Shown here in pieces: positions 33,775-42,972 of a DNA stretch of 64,000 nucleotides. The stretch is from Acidimicrobiia bacterium (GTDB taxonomy: Bacteria; Actinomycetota; Acidimicrobiia; Spongiisociales; ZC4RG35). The notes below the pieces were generated by a model. It did no database searches and was not told where the DNA came from. It saw only the letters and a list, made by a program, of their open reading frames with translations. Made by a program: the position numbers and the translations under genes. Where the stretch lies: positions 22,070 to 86,069 of the forward strand of contig JBEVJN010000065.1 in NCBI GenBank assembly GCA_040510135.1, read 5' to 3'. Position 1 is the first letter of the stretch. Each line of letters starts with the position of its first letter.

Positions 33775-35538
33775 ATGTCGCTTCTGAGTCACCTCTCATT
33801 CATTGCCGGTGAGGCCTTCTCCGAGCTCGGCCTGGCCCCCGAGCTGGGCGAGACCGTCCCTTCTCAGAGGCCGGAGCTGGCTCAGTTCCAGGTAAATGGC
33901 GCCATGGCGGCAGGGAAGAGCACCAACCAGGCGCCTCGGGACATCGCCCAGAAGGTGGCCGACCGACTCGACCGACATCCGGACTTCGCAAGCGTCGAAA
34001 TCGCCGGCCCCGGTTTCATCAACATCACACTCACTGACGCAACCATCGCCCGCATTGCGTCTGAGGACGCCGCCGACCCGTATCTCGGCTTTCCGGTGAC
34101 CGACGATCCGGAGAACGTCGTCGTCGATTACGCCGGCCCGAACGTGGCCAAGGCGATGCATGTGGGCCATCTCCGAGCCACCATCATCGGAGACTCGCTC
34201 GCCCGACTCTTCTCGTTCGCAGGGCACAAGGTCATACGCGATCCGCATTTCGGCGACTGGGGCTTCCAGATGGGCCTGCTCATCGCCGCCATTGCCGACG
34301 AGCAGCCGGACTTGCCCTATTTCGACCCGGGGGCAACCACCTATCCAACGAAGTCACCGGTCACGCTCGACGACCTGCAGCGGATCTACCCAGAGGCTTC
34401 GGTCAGGGCCCGTAGTGACGACGACTTCGCCGACGACGCCCGGCGAGCCACAGTTCGCCTCCAGCAGGGTGATCCCGGGTATCTCGCCCTCTGGCGTCAC
34501 ATGAAATCGGTGTCCGAAGAGTCCCAGCGCCAGGACTTCGCCGACCTGGGAGTCACTTTCGACCTGTGGTTCGGGGAATCCGACGTACACGAGAGGCTCG
34601 GACCGCTGGTGTCCTCCCTGCGCGAGTCCGGGGTGGCCGAGGAGTCGAAGGGCGCAATCGTGATTCGGATCGGGGAGGACGAAGACAAGCGGGACATTCC
34701 GCCTTTGATCCTCGAGTCGTCGAGTGGCGGGTTTCTGTACAGCACGACGGACCTGGCCACCATCCAGATGAGGATGGAGGAGCTACGAGCCGATCTCGTC
34801 CTGTACGTGGTCGACCGGCGGCAGGCGGACCATTTCCTCCAGATCTTCCGGGCAGCGGTGAAGGCCGGAATCGTCCCCGAGGGAACCCGATTGGAGCACA
34901 TCTGGTTTGGGACCATGAATGGGCCCGACGGCAAGCCGTTCAAGACACGGGAGGGTGGGGTCGTCCGCCTTTCCGACGTGATCGAGATGGTCACCGAGGC
35001 CGCCCGGCGGAGGCTCGACGAGGCCCATCTCGCCGAGGACTACCCGGAGGAGGAGAGATCGAGGATCGCCTCGATGGTCGGTGTGGCCGCTCTCAAATTC
35101 GGCGATCTCATCAACAACCGCACGTCGGACTATGTCCTGGACCTCGACAGGTTCAGCTCCTTCGAGGGAAAGACCGGGCCATATCTCCAATACGCGGCGG
35201 TGCGCATCAAGTCGATCCTGCGCAGGGCAGAAGCGGAGGGGGTCGAGCAAGGCCCGCTGGGGGCTCCAACCGTCGATGCCGAGCGCGAGCTGATGCTCGA
35301 GCTTCTGCGTCTCCCCGAAGTGGTTGGACGTGCAATCGCCCTGCGCTCTCCGAATCATGTCGCCGAGTTCGCCTTCGAGGTGGCCGGCCGTTTCAACCGG
35401 TTCTACGACGCCTGCCACATCCTGTCAGAGCCGGACATCGCCCGGCGCGGCTCGTGGCTCTCCCTCTCCTCATGGGCATTGGCCGCGCTCGAGCGTCTGC
35501 TGGATCTCCTCGGCATCGAAGTCCCCGACCGGATGTAG
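33775..35538 (+). CDS. argS: Arginine--tRNA ligase
   Basis: 587 aa with a class I HIGH-type motif (AKAMHVGHLR) and ArgRS-wide similarity. Confidence 0.92.
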   Translation: MSLLSHLSFIAGEAFSELGLAPELGETVPSQRPELAQFQVNGAMAAGKSTNQAPRDIAQKVADRLDRHPDFASVEIAGPGFINITLTDATIARIASEDAADPYLGFPVTDDPENVVVDYAGPNVAKAMHVGHLRATIIGDSLARLFSFAGHKVIRDPHFGDWGFQMGLLIAAIADEQPDLPYFDPGATTYPTKSPVTLDDLQRIYPEASVRARSDDDFADDARRATVRLQQGDPGYLALWRHMKSVSEESQRQDFADLGVTFDLWFGESDVHERLGPLVSSLRESGVAEESKGAIVIRIGEDEDKRDIPPLILESSSGGFLYSTTDLATIQMRMEELRADLVLYVVDRRQADHFLQIFRAAVKAGIVPEGTRLEHIWFGTMNGPDGKPFKTREGGVVRLSDVIEMVTEAARRRLDEAHLAEDYPEEERSRIASMVGVAALKFGDLINNRTSDYVLDLDRFSSFEGKTGPYLQYAAVRIKSILRRAEAEGVEQGPLGAPTVDAERELMLELLRLPEVVGRAIALRSPNHVAEFAFEVAGRFNRFYDACHILSEPDIARRGSWLSLSSWALAALERLLDLLGIEVPDRM

Positions 35539-35540
35539 CC

Positions 35541-36383
35541 GTGTCGTTCGTCATCCGCCCCGCCCGGGCCGAGGACGTGGCGTCGATCAGACCGTGGACC
35601 CAGGACACCTTCGGCTGGGGGGACTACGTGCCCGAGATGATGAGCGGCTGGCTGGAGGAGCCAGATTCGCTGGTCATCGTGTGCGTCTACGACGACGACA
35701 TCCCGGTTGCGCTGTCTCGGGTGCAACTCCTCTCCCCGACCGAGGCCTGGCTCAGCGCCACCCGGGTTCATCCCGATCAACGGCGATCGGGGATGGGGAT
35801 GGCCATGAACGACCATGCTGTCGAATGGGCCAGGGCGCAGGGGGCGCTCGTCGCCCGTCTCGTCATCGAAGAATCGAACCAGGCAGCCCGCGGCCAGGTG
35901 CTGCGGTCCGGCTATAGGGAAGGAGGTCGCTGGGCCTACGCCACCGCCCCCGAGTCGGTCGGGCGACGTCTCCCGCCGGACCAGCGGCTCAGGGCGGCCG
36001 CCACAGTAGATGCCGACGCCGCCTGGACCTTCTGGTCACAGAGCGATCTCGCCCAAGCCGCCCGCGACCTCGTCTCGGTGGGATGGCGCTGGAGGAAGGC
36101 CTCCCGGCAGGACCTGGAATCGGCGGTCACCGCCCACACCTTCCTTCAGAGCCCGGGAGGATGGGTCATCGCCGAGGCCGATGAGGAGGGGATCTCGGCA
36201 CGCTGGCCTGCAACCACGGCCCCGGATGCCCCACTGCTCTTTCAGGGGTTGCGTGATCTGGTGCGAGATCGGGGCGGAGGTCGGGTCGAGGCGATGATCC
36301 CGATCACGGTCTGGAGCGTCGAGGCGTTGCAGCGAGAGGGCTACGAGGTCCATCCCACTCAGATCTTCACGAAGGCTCTTTGA
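35541..36383 (+). CDS. GNAT-family N-acetyltransferase with C-terminal extension
   Basis: GTG 35541 lies 2 nt after the argS stop. The acetyl-CoA motif is RVHPDQRRSGMGMAM. The ORF-track entry 34566..36383 is the same frame extended through argS. Confidence 0.7.
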   Translation: MSFVIRPARAEDVASIRPWTQDTFGWGDYVPEMMSGWLEEPDSLVIVCVYDDDIPVALSRVQLLSPTEAWLSATRVHPDQRRSGMGMAMNDHAVEWARAQGALVARLVIEESNQAARGQVLRSGYREGGRWAYATAPESVGRRLPPDQRLRAAATVDADAAWTFWSQSDLAQAARDLVSVGWRWRKASRQDLESAVTAHTFLQSPGGWVIAEADEEGISARWPATTAPDAPLLFQGLRDLVRDRGGGRVEAMIPITVWSVEALQREGYEVHPTQIFTKAL

Positions 36384-36390
36384 CGTTCGG

Positions 36391-36981
36391 TCAGGAGATC
36401 ATGGCCATGGTGGCCACGGCCCAGACCACGAACATGATCGGAATCTCGGTGGAGCGGAGCCAGTCGGGGCCCTCGGGATACCAGCGGGCGGCGAGGGCCA
36501 CCGGGACGCCGAGGAGGGGCATGACGGTCATCCCGGCGACGCCGACCGCCCTGATTCCCGCAACCCCGATGGTCACGGGCGATGGCAGCCCTTCAACAAC
36601 GCCATCCACCAGCCTGTGCACGAGCAGGAACAAGAGGCCCACGACGAAGACGGCGATGATGCGGCCCAGGCCGACCTCCCAAAGTTTGAAGCCGATGAGG
36701 CGCCGGCCCCGTCCCAGCGGCCCTTCGGCGGCCACACCCAGGCAGAACAGACCGATTACCGCAAGCACCAGCGACGATGCCAGCATCGCCCCGGTCGACA
36801 GATCCTGGATCACGTTGACGATGTCGAAGCCGGCAAGCACGACCGAGGCGGCCAGACCAACAAGCAGGCTCCCGATCACCATGAGCCCGACGTCGAGCAT
36901 GGTCCCGAACGACCCGTAGGCCAGGATCGCATAGCGCTTGGCCGCGGCGCGGCTGTCGACGCGGGCGATGTCGTCGGTCAT
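36391..36981 (-). CDS. Integral membrane protein, unknown function (last gene of the hyu-glc operon)
   Basis: 196 aa with about 5 TM helices. ATGA overlap with the glcF stop. Confidence 0.6.
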   Translation of the reverse strand: MTDDIARVDSRAAAKRYAILAYGSFGTMLDVGLMVIGSLLVGLAASVVLAGFDIVNVIQDLSTGAMLASSLVLAVIGLFCLGVAAEGPLGRGRRLIGFKLWEVGLGRIIAVFVVGLLFLLVHRLVDGVVEGLPSPVTIGVAGIRAVGVAGMTVMPLLGVPVALAARWYPEGPDWLRSTEIPIMFVVWAVATMAMIS

Positions 36982-38231
36982 CTCGCTGCCTTCACGGCGG
37001 CGACACTACCGGTTGGCCCGGCTGCCGCGAGGGCGCGCAGATACCACTCGATCGGGTGCGCGATCTCGTAATCGCGGCCCAGGGACGACCTGAGCTGCAT
37101 CTCACAACCAGGGTTGGCGGAAGCAACCCTGCTCACTCCGGTTGAACGTATTTGGGCTGCCTTTCGGTTTCCGAGTTCCTGCGATGCTTCGGGTTGCAGC
37201 ACGGTGTAGAGGCCGGCCGCGCCGCAACACATCCCTGCAGGATCGATCTCGACGACCTCGTACCCACCGGCCTCGAGGATGCGCCTTGGCTCGACCGTCA
37301 CCCGCTGCGCATGTCGCAGGTGACAGGGGTCCTGGATCGCCATGGTTCCCGACCCATCCGGAAGAGTGGGAAGGAGGCCGGTCTCGATGGCGCGTGCCAC
37401 CGCCACCGTCACGTCGATGGTCCGGGTGCCGACTTCGTCGCCGCCTTCGGTCCAGTGGCCGTATTCACGGACATGGGCGGAGCATCCGGCGGAAGTGACG
37501 ACCACCTGGTCATATCCGGATAGGACCGGCAGGTTTCGCTCCGCCAGGGTGCGGGCGGCGTCCGCTTTGCCGTCGTGGGCGGCGAGTGCGCCACAGCATG
37601 TCTGACCACGCGGTACCTCGACCCGGAACCCGGCCAGCTCCAGCAACTCGATGGCGGCGTGATTGACCGGCCGGAACCATTCGTCCTGGATACACCCGGC
37701 CAGAAGAGCGATGGAACCCGAAACGCCAGTGCCTCCTTCGTGGCCCAGCGTCGGCTCGGGCCGTCCACCGAGCGGGCGCATGCCTTCGGAGAGCCGCCGA
37801 TAGCGCCCCGGCACCAAGGATGTGGCGCCGGTTGCCTGGGCCACGCGCAGTGCGCCCGACCCGAAGCGGAGCGATCGCCTCGAGCCGATGGCTGTGCCCA
37901 GCAAGAACGATCGAAGCCGGTGGCCGAAGTTCGGGCGCTGGGCGGCGATCTCGGCGCGCGTCCCCTCGAGTATCCGCCCGTATGAAACCATCCCGGGGCA
38001 GACCGGCTCGCAGGCCCGACACCCGAGACAGAAATCGATCACGCCCTGAAAGGGCCGGTCGAGCTCGAGGACGCCGTTGTGAACCGCCTTCATCGCCTGG
38101 ATTCGACCGCGCGGTGATGCGGTCTCACGTCCGGTCAGGCGGAACGTCGGACAGGCGGGGAGGCACAGCCCACATTGCACGCAGGCATTGAGCTCATCGG
38201 TGGTGGGGTGGTCGGTGGTCACCCATCCCAT
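36978..38231 (-). CDS. glcF: (Fe-S)-binding subunit, GlcF-like
   Basis: Two 4Fe-4S motifs (CVQCGLCLPACP and CLGCRACEPVCP) plus CCG-type Cys-rich repeats. ATG 38231 overlaps the glcE stop (ATGA). Confidence 0.8.
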   Translation of the reverse strand: MGWVTTDHPTTDELNACVQCGLCLPACPTFRLTGRETASPRGRIQAMKAVHNGVLELDRPFQGVIDFCLGCRACEPVCPGMVSYGRILEGTRAEIAAQRPNFGHRLRSFLLGTAIGSRRSLRFGSGALRVAQATGATSLVPGRYRRLSEGMRPLGGRPEPTLGHEGGTGVSGSIALLAGCIQDEWFRPVNHAAIELLELAGFRVEVPRGQTCCGALAAHDGKADAARTLAERNLPVLSGYDQVVVTSAGCSAHVREYGHWTEGGDEVGTRTIDVTVAVARAIETGLLPTLPDGSGTMAIQDPCHLRHAQRVTVEPRRILEAGGYEVVEIDPAGMCCGAAGLYTVLQPEASQELGNRKAAQIRSTGVSRVASANPGCEMQLRSSLGRDYEIAHPIEWYLRALAAAGPTGSVAAVKAAR

Positions 38232-39292
38232 CACAGCCCTCCAGGGAGCCGGCCTGGGTTGAGGACGCGACCCGGGTCGAACTGCGCGATCAGACGACGT
38301 TGGATCTCCATTCCCGGCGGCAGCGATCCCCAGGGATCGAGGCCATCGAGGCCGCCGACAGGCGCCTCCGTCGACACCAAGGCACCGCCACAGCCCTCCA
38401 CCCACGTGCGCAGTCCCTCCGCTCCATCCGCAGTGCCCGAGGCGGCACGAATGTCGCCGGCCCTATGGACGGCCAGGTAGTCCCACCCATCGGGAAGTCG
38501 ATCGATGGCAGGCGTGGTCAGGGCGGGTGGGACTCTCACTGACCATCGGAATGGTCCGTCGGGATCGGCCGGCCATCGGTGGCCATCGGCGACGCCGCCC
38601 CCGAGTCTGCCGCTCGATGCGACGACCTCCTCGACGGTGCCCCAGAGAAAGACTTCGACCACACCGTTTCGCTCGAGAACGGCGAGCGGCCGCTTTACCC
38701 GCTTGGCAAGCTCGATGTCATCGATCGTCACGGTCGCCGAGGCGGGGGGCTTCGGCCACAACTTGAGGCAAACCGAGGTGATGACACCGAGAGAGCCAAA
38801 GGCACCCACCACCAGACGGGGCAAGTCGTATCCCGAGACATTCTTGACTACCCGTCCTCCGCCCCGGACCACCCGGCCATCACCGGTCACCAGACGAACC
38901 TCGAGCATCCGTTCCCTGGTCCCGAGGAGACGGGCCCGTCGCAGCGAGGAGACACCGGCAGAGATCACCCCACCGACGGTCGATGCGCCGGGGACTTCGG
39001 GCAGGACCGCAGTCTGTGCGCGTTCGGCAAGCGCTGATTCCAGCTCGGCCACCGGCGTGCCCGCGCCGACGGTCACGGTCAGGTCGTCGGGGTCCCACTC
39101 CTCGATCCCGGCGAGGCTGCTCATCTCCACCAACAGGGCAGCAGGTGGCGGCGATCCGTAGCCCTGTCTCGTCCCACCACCGATCACGTTCACGACGCGC
39201 TGCTCCTCGGTGGCCAACTTGAGGATCGTGGCCAGTTCCTCGACGCTGGAGGGAGCGACACGCTCGGGACCGCACCCGGCGGCCCCGGTCAT
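38231..39292 (-). CDS. glcE: FAD-binding subunit, GlcE-like
   Basis: FAD_binding_4-type N-terminus (VAPSSVEELATILKLATEEQRVVNVIGGGTRQG). ATG 39292 overlaps the glcD stop (ATGA). Confidence 0.75.
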   Translation of the reverse strand: MTGAAGCGPERVAPSSVEELATILKLATEEQRVVNVIGGGTRQGYGSPPPAALLVEMSSLAGIEEWDPDDLTVTVGAGTPVAELESALAERAQTAVLPEVPGASTVGGVISAGVSSLRRARLLGTRERMLEVRLVTGDGRVVRGGGRVVKNVSGYDLPRLVVGAFGSLGVITSVCLKLWPKPPASATVTIDDIELAKRVKRPLAVLERNGVVEVFLWGTVEEVVASSGRLGGGVADGHRWPADPDGPFRWSVRVPPALTTPAIDRLPDGWDYLAVHRAGDIRAASGTADGAEGLRTWVEGCGGALVSTEAPVGGLDGLDPWGSLPPGMEIQRRLIAQFDPGRVLNPGRLPGGL

Positions 39293-40791
39293 ACCCAGGC
39301 CCCGTCCGGTATCTCTCGCTTCACCCCGCCGAAGTCGAAGCATCGTGAGCCCTCGGGAAGCACTTTCGACGGGTTGAAGATGCCGGCGGGGTCGAAGGCC
39401 TCTTTCAGGCGGGCCTGGGCGTCGAGGTCGAGCTCGGTGAAATCGGCTCGCATCATGTCCCTTTTCTCCAGCCCGATCCCGTGCTCACCCGACAGGGCGC
39501 CGCCGCGACTGAGACATGCGGCGACCATCTCCTCCCCGGCCCGGTGAACCTTGTCCATCATCACCGGATCGGAGGCGTCGAAGGCCATGAGCGGGTGAAG
39601 GTTTCCGTCGCCCGCATGGAAGACGTTGTAGACATCCAACTCGTACCGGTCGGCGATCGCCTGGATCTCTCCCATCGTCTCCACGAGACGGGAGCGGGGC
39701 ACGACCGTGTCATGCAGGTAGTAATTAGGGGACACCTGGGCCACGGCCCCGAATGCGGATTTGCGCCCCTTCCAGAGGATGGCGCGCTCGGCTTCGTCCC
39801 TGGCCACCTGGACATTGCGCGCCCCATTGGCAAGACCGATGCGTGAGATCAGGGCCGCTTCCGCCTCCACTGCCTCAGGCTCCCCCACCACCTCGGCGAG
39901 GAGGATCGCGGCGCAGTCGCATGGAAGACCCGCCCTGAGCCAGTTCTCCACCGCGGTCGTCATCTTCTGATCCATGATCTCCAGCGCGGCCGGCACCAGC
40001 CCGGAAGCGATGACGTCGGATACGGTCCGCGTCGCCCCTTCGAGCTCCTCGAAGTCGAGGAGCAGTGTTCTCACGTCCGCTTCGATGGGTAGAAGCCGGA
40101 CCAGGGCCCGGGTCACAACACCCAGGGTCCCCTCGGAGCCCACCAGCAACCCCTTCAGGTCGAGACCCGGCATGTCGGGAGCTTGACCGCCGAGGACGAG
40201 AATCTCGCCACCCGCCAGGACCACCTCGAGGCCGAGGACATGGCTGGTGGTGGCGCCCTCGGCCAGACAATGGGCCCCACCCGAGTTGTTGGCGACATTG
40301 CCACCGATGGTGCAGGCCGACTGCGAGGAGGGATCGGGGGCGAAGGACAGGCCGAACGGCTCGGCTTCCGTGCTCAAGTCGAGGTTGATGACCCCGGCGC
40401 CGACCCATGCGGTTCGGTTCTCCACGTCGATGTCGATGTGATTCATCGCGGTGGTGGACAGGACGATCCCCCCGTCGACTGGAATGGCGCCGGCGGCAAG
40501 ACCGGTGCCCGCACCCCGGGCAACGATCGGGACCCCGTGCTTCTCGGCCACCATGACCACCTCGGCTACTTCCTCGGTGGTCCGGGGGAACACGACACAG
40601 GTCGCCTGGCCATGCATGAGGGAAGCATCTCTCGAATACAGATAGAGCTCGACCGGCTCTTCCAGCACCCGATCATCACTCAAGACACCACGAAGATCCC
40701 CGATGAGGCTCACAGGATGAGAGTAGTTGTGGCGGGGTTCAGGATTGCCCCCAACCACCGCCTCCAGGGGTGAGCACGAGGAGACGGTCAC
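39289..40791 (-). CDS. glcD: FAD-linked oxidase, GlcD-like (glycolate / D-2-hydroxyacid oxidase large subunit)
   Basis: FAD-binding PCMH domain (VVFPRTTEEVAEVVMVAEKHGVPIVARGAGTGLAGGA) and C-terminal GEHGIG. The start is uncertain, with in-frame GTGs at 40791, 40758 and 40713. The first two overlap the hyuB 3' end. Confidence 0.8.
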   Translation of the reverse strand: MTVSSCSPLEAVVGGNPEPRHNYSHPVSLIGDLRGVLSDDRVLEEPVELYLYSRDASLMHGQATCVVFPRTTEEVAEVVMVAEKHGVPIVARGAGTGLAAGAIPVDGGIVLSTTAMNHIDIDVENRTAWVGAGVINLDLSTEAEPFGLSFAPDPSSQSACTIGGNVANNSGGAHCLAEGATTSHVLGLEVVLAGGEILVLGGQAPDMPGLDLKGLLVGSEGTLGVVTRALVRLLPIEADVRTLLLDFEELEGATRTVSDVIASGLVPAALEIMDQKMTTAVENWLRAGLPCDCAAILLAEVVGEPEAVEAEAALISRIGLANGARNVQVARDEAERAILWKGRKSAFGAVAQVSPNYYLHDTVVPRSRLVETMGEIQAIADRYELDVYNVFHAGDGNLHPLMAFDASDPVMMDKVHRAGEEMVAACLSRGGALSGEHGIGLEKRDMMRADFTELDLDAQARLKEAFDPAGIFNPSKVLPEGSRCFDFGGVKREIPDGAWV

Positions 40792-42274
40792 CGGCCTGCA
40801 CGGGAATAGTGCATTTGGAGGGGAGACGCTCCCGACCGCCGCGTCGGATCAGCCAGTCCTCGCCCGATGCTCCCGGCTCGCCGCCCGACAGGCCCCACGG
40901 GCGATGCCGCCTCCGCTCACCCATCAGGGAGAGGGTCGCGTCGGTCAGGAACAAGATCTCCCGCTCGATCCCCTCGCCACCCGGGAACCGGCCGCGGCCC
41001 CCACTACCGCGGCGCAGCGTGTAGCGGTCCACCCGAAATGGATAGTGGGTATCCAGCGCCTCGATTGGGGTGTTCTCGGTGTTCGTCATCCCGGTATGGA
41101 TGCCTGACTGGCCGGCTCGGCCGGGCCGACCGCCCTGCCCGCCTCCGACCGTCTCGTAGTAGGCGAAGTCGTCGTTGCCCACCAGGATGTTGTTCATCGT
41201 CCCCTGTGAGGCGGCGGGGACCCGATCCGGGGCGGCCTGGGCCAGCGCCCCGAGGAGGACGTCGGCGATCCGCTGGCTGGTCTCGACATTTCCGGCGGCC
41301 ACAGCTGCCGGCGGGTCGGCGTTGACCACCGACCCCGACGGAGCGACAACCTTCAGGTGCCGATAGCACCCGCCATTGGCGGGAATGGTGGGATCCGTCG
41401 CCACCCGGACCGCGTAGTAGAGACAAGACCTGGTCACCGCCTCCACTGCGTTGAAATTGGCGGCGACCTGTTCTTGGCTTCCAGTGAAATCGGCCGTCAG
41501 CCGTCCATCGGCAATGGTCACTACGACGCGGATGGGCACGTCGATGTCACCGAGCTCCATGAAGTCGGCGAACGCGTAGGACCCATCGGGCAGATGCCGA
41601 AGTGCAGCAGTCATCCGCCGTTCGCCGTAATCGAGAAGAGACGCAGCCTGCGATCGGAACGACTCCGCACCAATGCCCGACACCAACTCCGCCATTCGGC
41701 TCGCACCGACTGCGTTGGCACCGATCTGCGCCTCGAGATCCCCCCGCCGCTCCCACGGCGTGCGGGAGGCGGAGATGAACGGCTCGGCGAACTCGTCTGC
41801 CCACCGCCCCGATTCGAACGCGACCACCGGTGGGACTCGATGACCCTCTTGATCGATCGAGACGGCATGGGCCGGCATCGAACCTGGTGCCTCGCCTCCG
41901 ACATCGGCGTGATGAGCCCGATTGGCCACCCACGCCACGTGTCTGGTGTCGAGGAACACGGGGGCGACGAGGGTCAGATCGTTGAGATGGGTGCCGCCCT
42001 CGAAGGGGTCATTGACTGCGTACTGGACACCTGGAGCGGGCTCGAATCGGGCCAGGCAGGCCGCCACCGACTGCGGCATCGACCCGAGATGAACCGGGAT
42101 GTGCTCTGCCTGGGCCAGCATCTCGCCCTCGGGAGTGAACACGGCCGCCGAGCAGTCCGCCCTCTCCTTGATGTTTGGCGACAGCGACGAGTGCCGAAGC
42201 ACCGTCCCCATCTCATCGGCCACCGAGGAGAGCCGATGACGGGCCACCTCTAGGCCTATGGCGTCGGAGGTCAT
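40739..42274 (-). CDS. hyuB: Hydantoinase B / oxoprolinase family protein
   Basis: 511 aa with HyuB-family similarity (AVFTPEGEMLAQAEHIPVHLGSM, NDPFEGGTHLND). ATG 42274 overlaps the stop of the AlkD-like gene (ATGA). Confidence 0.85.
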   Translation of the reverse strand: MTSDAIGLEVARHRLSSVADEMGTVLRHSSLSPNIKERADCSAAVFTPEGEMLAQAEHIPVHLGSMPQSVAACLARFEPAPGVQYAVNDPFEGGTHLNDLTLVAPVFLDTRHVAWVANRAHHADVGGEAPGSMPAHAVSIDQEGHRVPPVVAFESGRWADEFAEPFISASRTPWERRGDLEAQIGANAVGASRMAELVSGIGAESFRSQAASLLDYGERRMTAALRHLPDGSYAFADFMELGDIDVPIRVVVTIADGRLTADFTGSQEQVAANFNAVEAVTRSCLYYAVRVATDPTIPANGGCYRHLKVVAPSGSVVNADPPAAVAAGNVETSQRIADVLLGALAQAAPDRVPAASQGTMNNILVGNDDFAYYETVGGGQGGRPGRAGQSGIHTGMTNTENTPIEALDTHYPFRVDRYTLRRGSGGRGRFPGGEGIEREILFLTDATLSLMGERRRHRPWGLSGGEPGASGEDWLIRRGGRERLPSKCTIPVQAGDRLLVLTPGGGGWGQS

Positions 42275-42972
42275 GATCTGAGCAAGTGGCCGATATGTCT
42301 CGTGGCTTCTCGGTAGGACAAGGCGGAGAGCTGATCCTGATGCTCGATCACAAAACGGGCGACGGCATCGGGATCGACCCGGGCGTGCTGACGGAGGGCC
42401 CAGCCAATCGCCTTCCGGATGAAGAACTCCTTCTCAAAGCTCCGTTCCTCGCAGAACCGGAACAGCCTGACTGCATCGGTGCGCTCCTTGGCCCTGACCT
42501 GACAGATGATCGCCGACCGCCTCAGCCACATATCGTCGTCCTCGATCCAGGTGTCGACCGCCGGCCACACCTCACCCGGGTACCCGACGACGAGATCGCA
42601 GATGAGATGAGTCGCCACCTCGTCGACCAGGTCCCACCAGGCGCCCTCCACGATCAGCCGTCGATACACAGCAAGCGCCGCAGGAGTCACGAACTCCTCG
42701 AAGTGTCGGGCCACCCCGAGCGCCAGATACTTCTCCTCCCGATGGGGAAGGTCCCACAGACCGAGTACCAGCTCTTCATACTCCACTCGATCTGAGGGCG
42801 GGAACCTGCGAACCATGTCACGGAGAATCTCCGTACGGGCAGGCTTCTGCACGCCGTGGAAGGGCATGTCGGTCTTCATGTAGGCCTGCATCCCCTCGCG
42901 CTTGGATGGATCTGCGGCCGCAGTGAGGGCCGCCGAGGCGAATCGTCGCGCCTGCGCAACGCTCCCGGTCAC
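42271..42972 (-). CDS. DNA alkylation repair protein (AlkD/AlkC-like HEAT-repeat family)
   Basis: Carries REGMQAYMKTDMPFHGVQKP, LWDLPHREEKYLA, GAWWDLVDEVA, WLRRSAII and EFFIRKAIGWALRQ, a pattern typical of the DNA_alkylation family. GTG 42972 overlaps the hyuA stop (GTGA). Confidence 0.75.
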   Translation of the reverse strand: MTGSVAQARRFASAALTAAADPSKREGMQAYMKTDMPFHGVQKPARTEILRDMVRRFPPSDRVEYEELVLGLWDLPHREEKYLALGVARHFEEFVTPAALAVYRRLIVEGAWWDLVDEVATHLICDLVVGYPGEVWPAVDTWIEDDDMWLRRSAIICQVRAKERTDAVRLFRFCEERSFEKEFFIRKAIGWALRQHARVDPDAVARFVIEHQDQLSALSYREATRHIGHLLRS

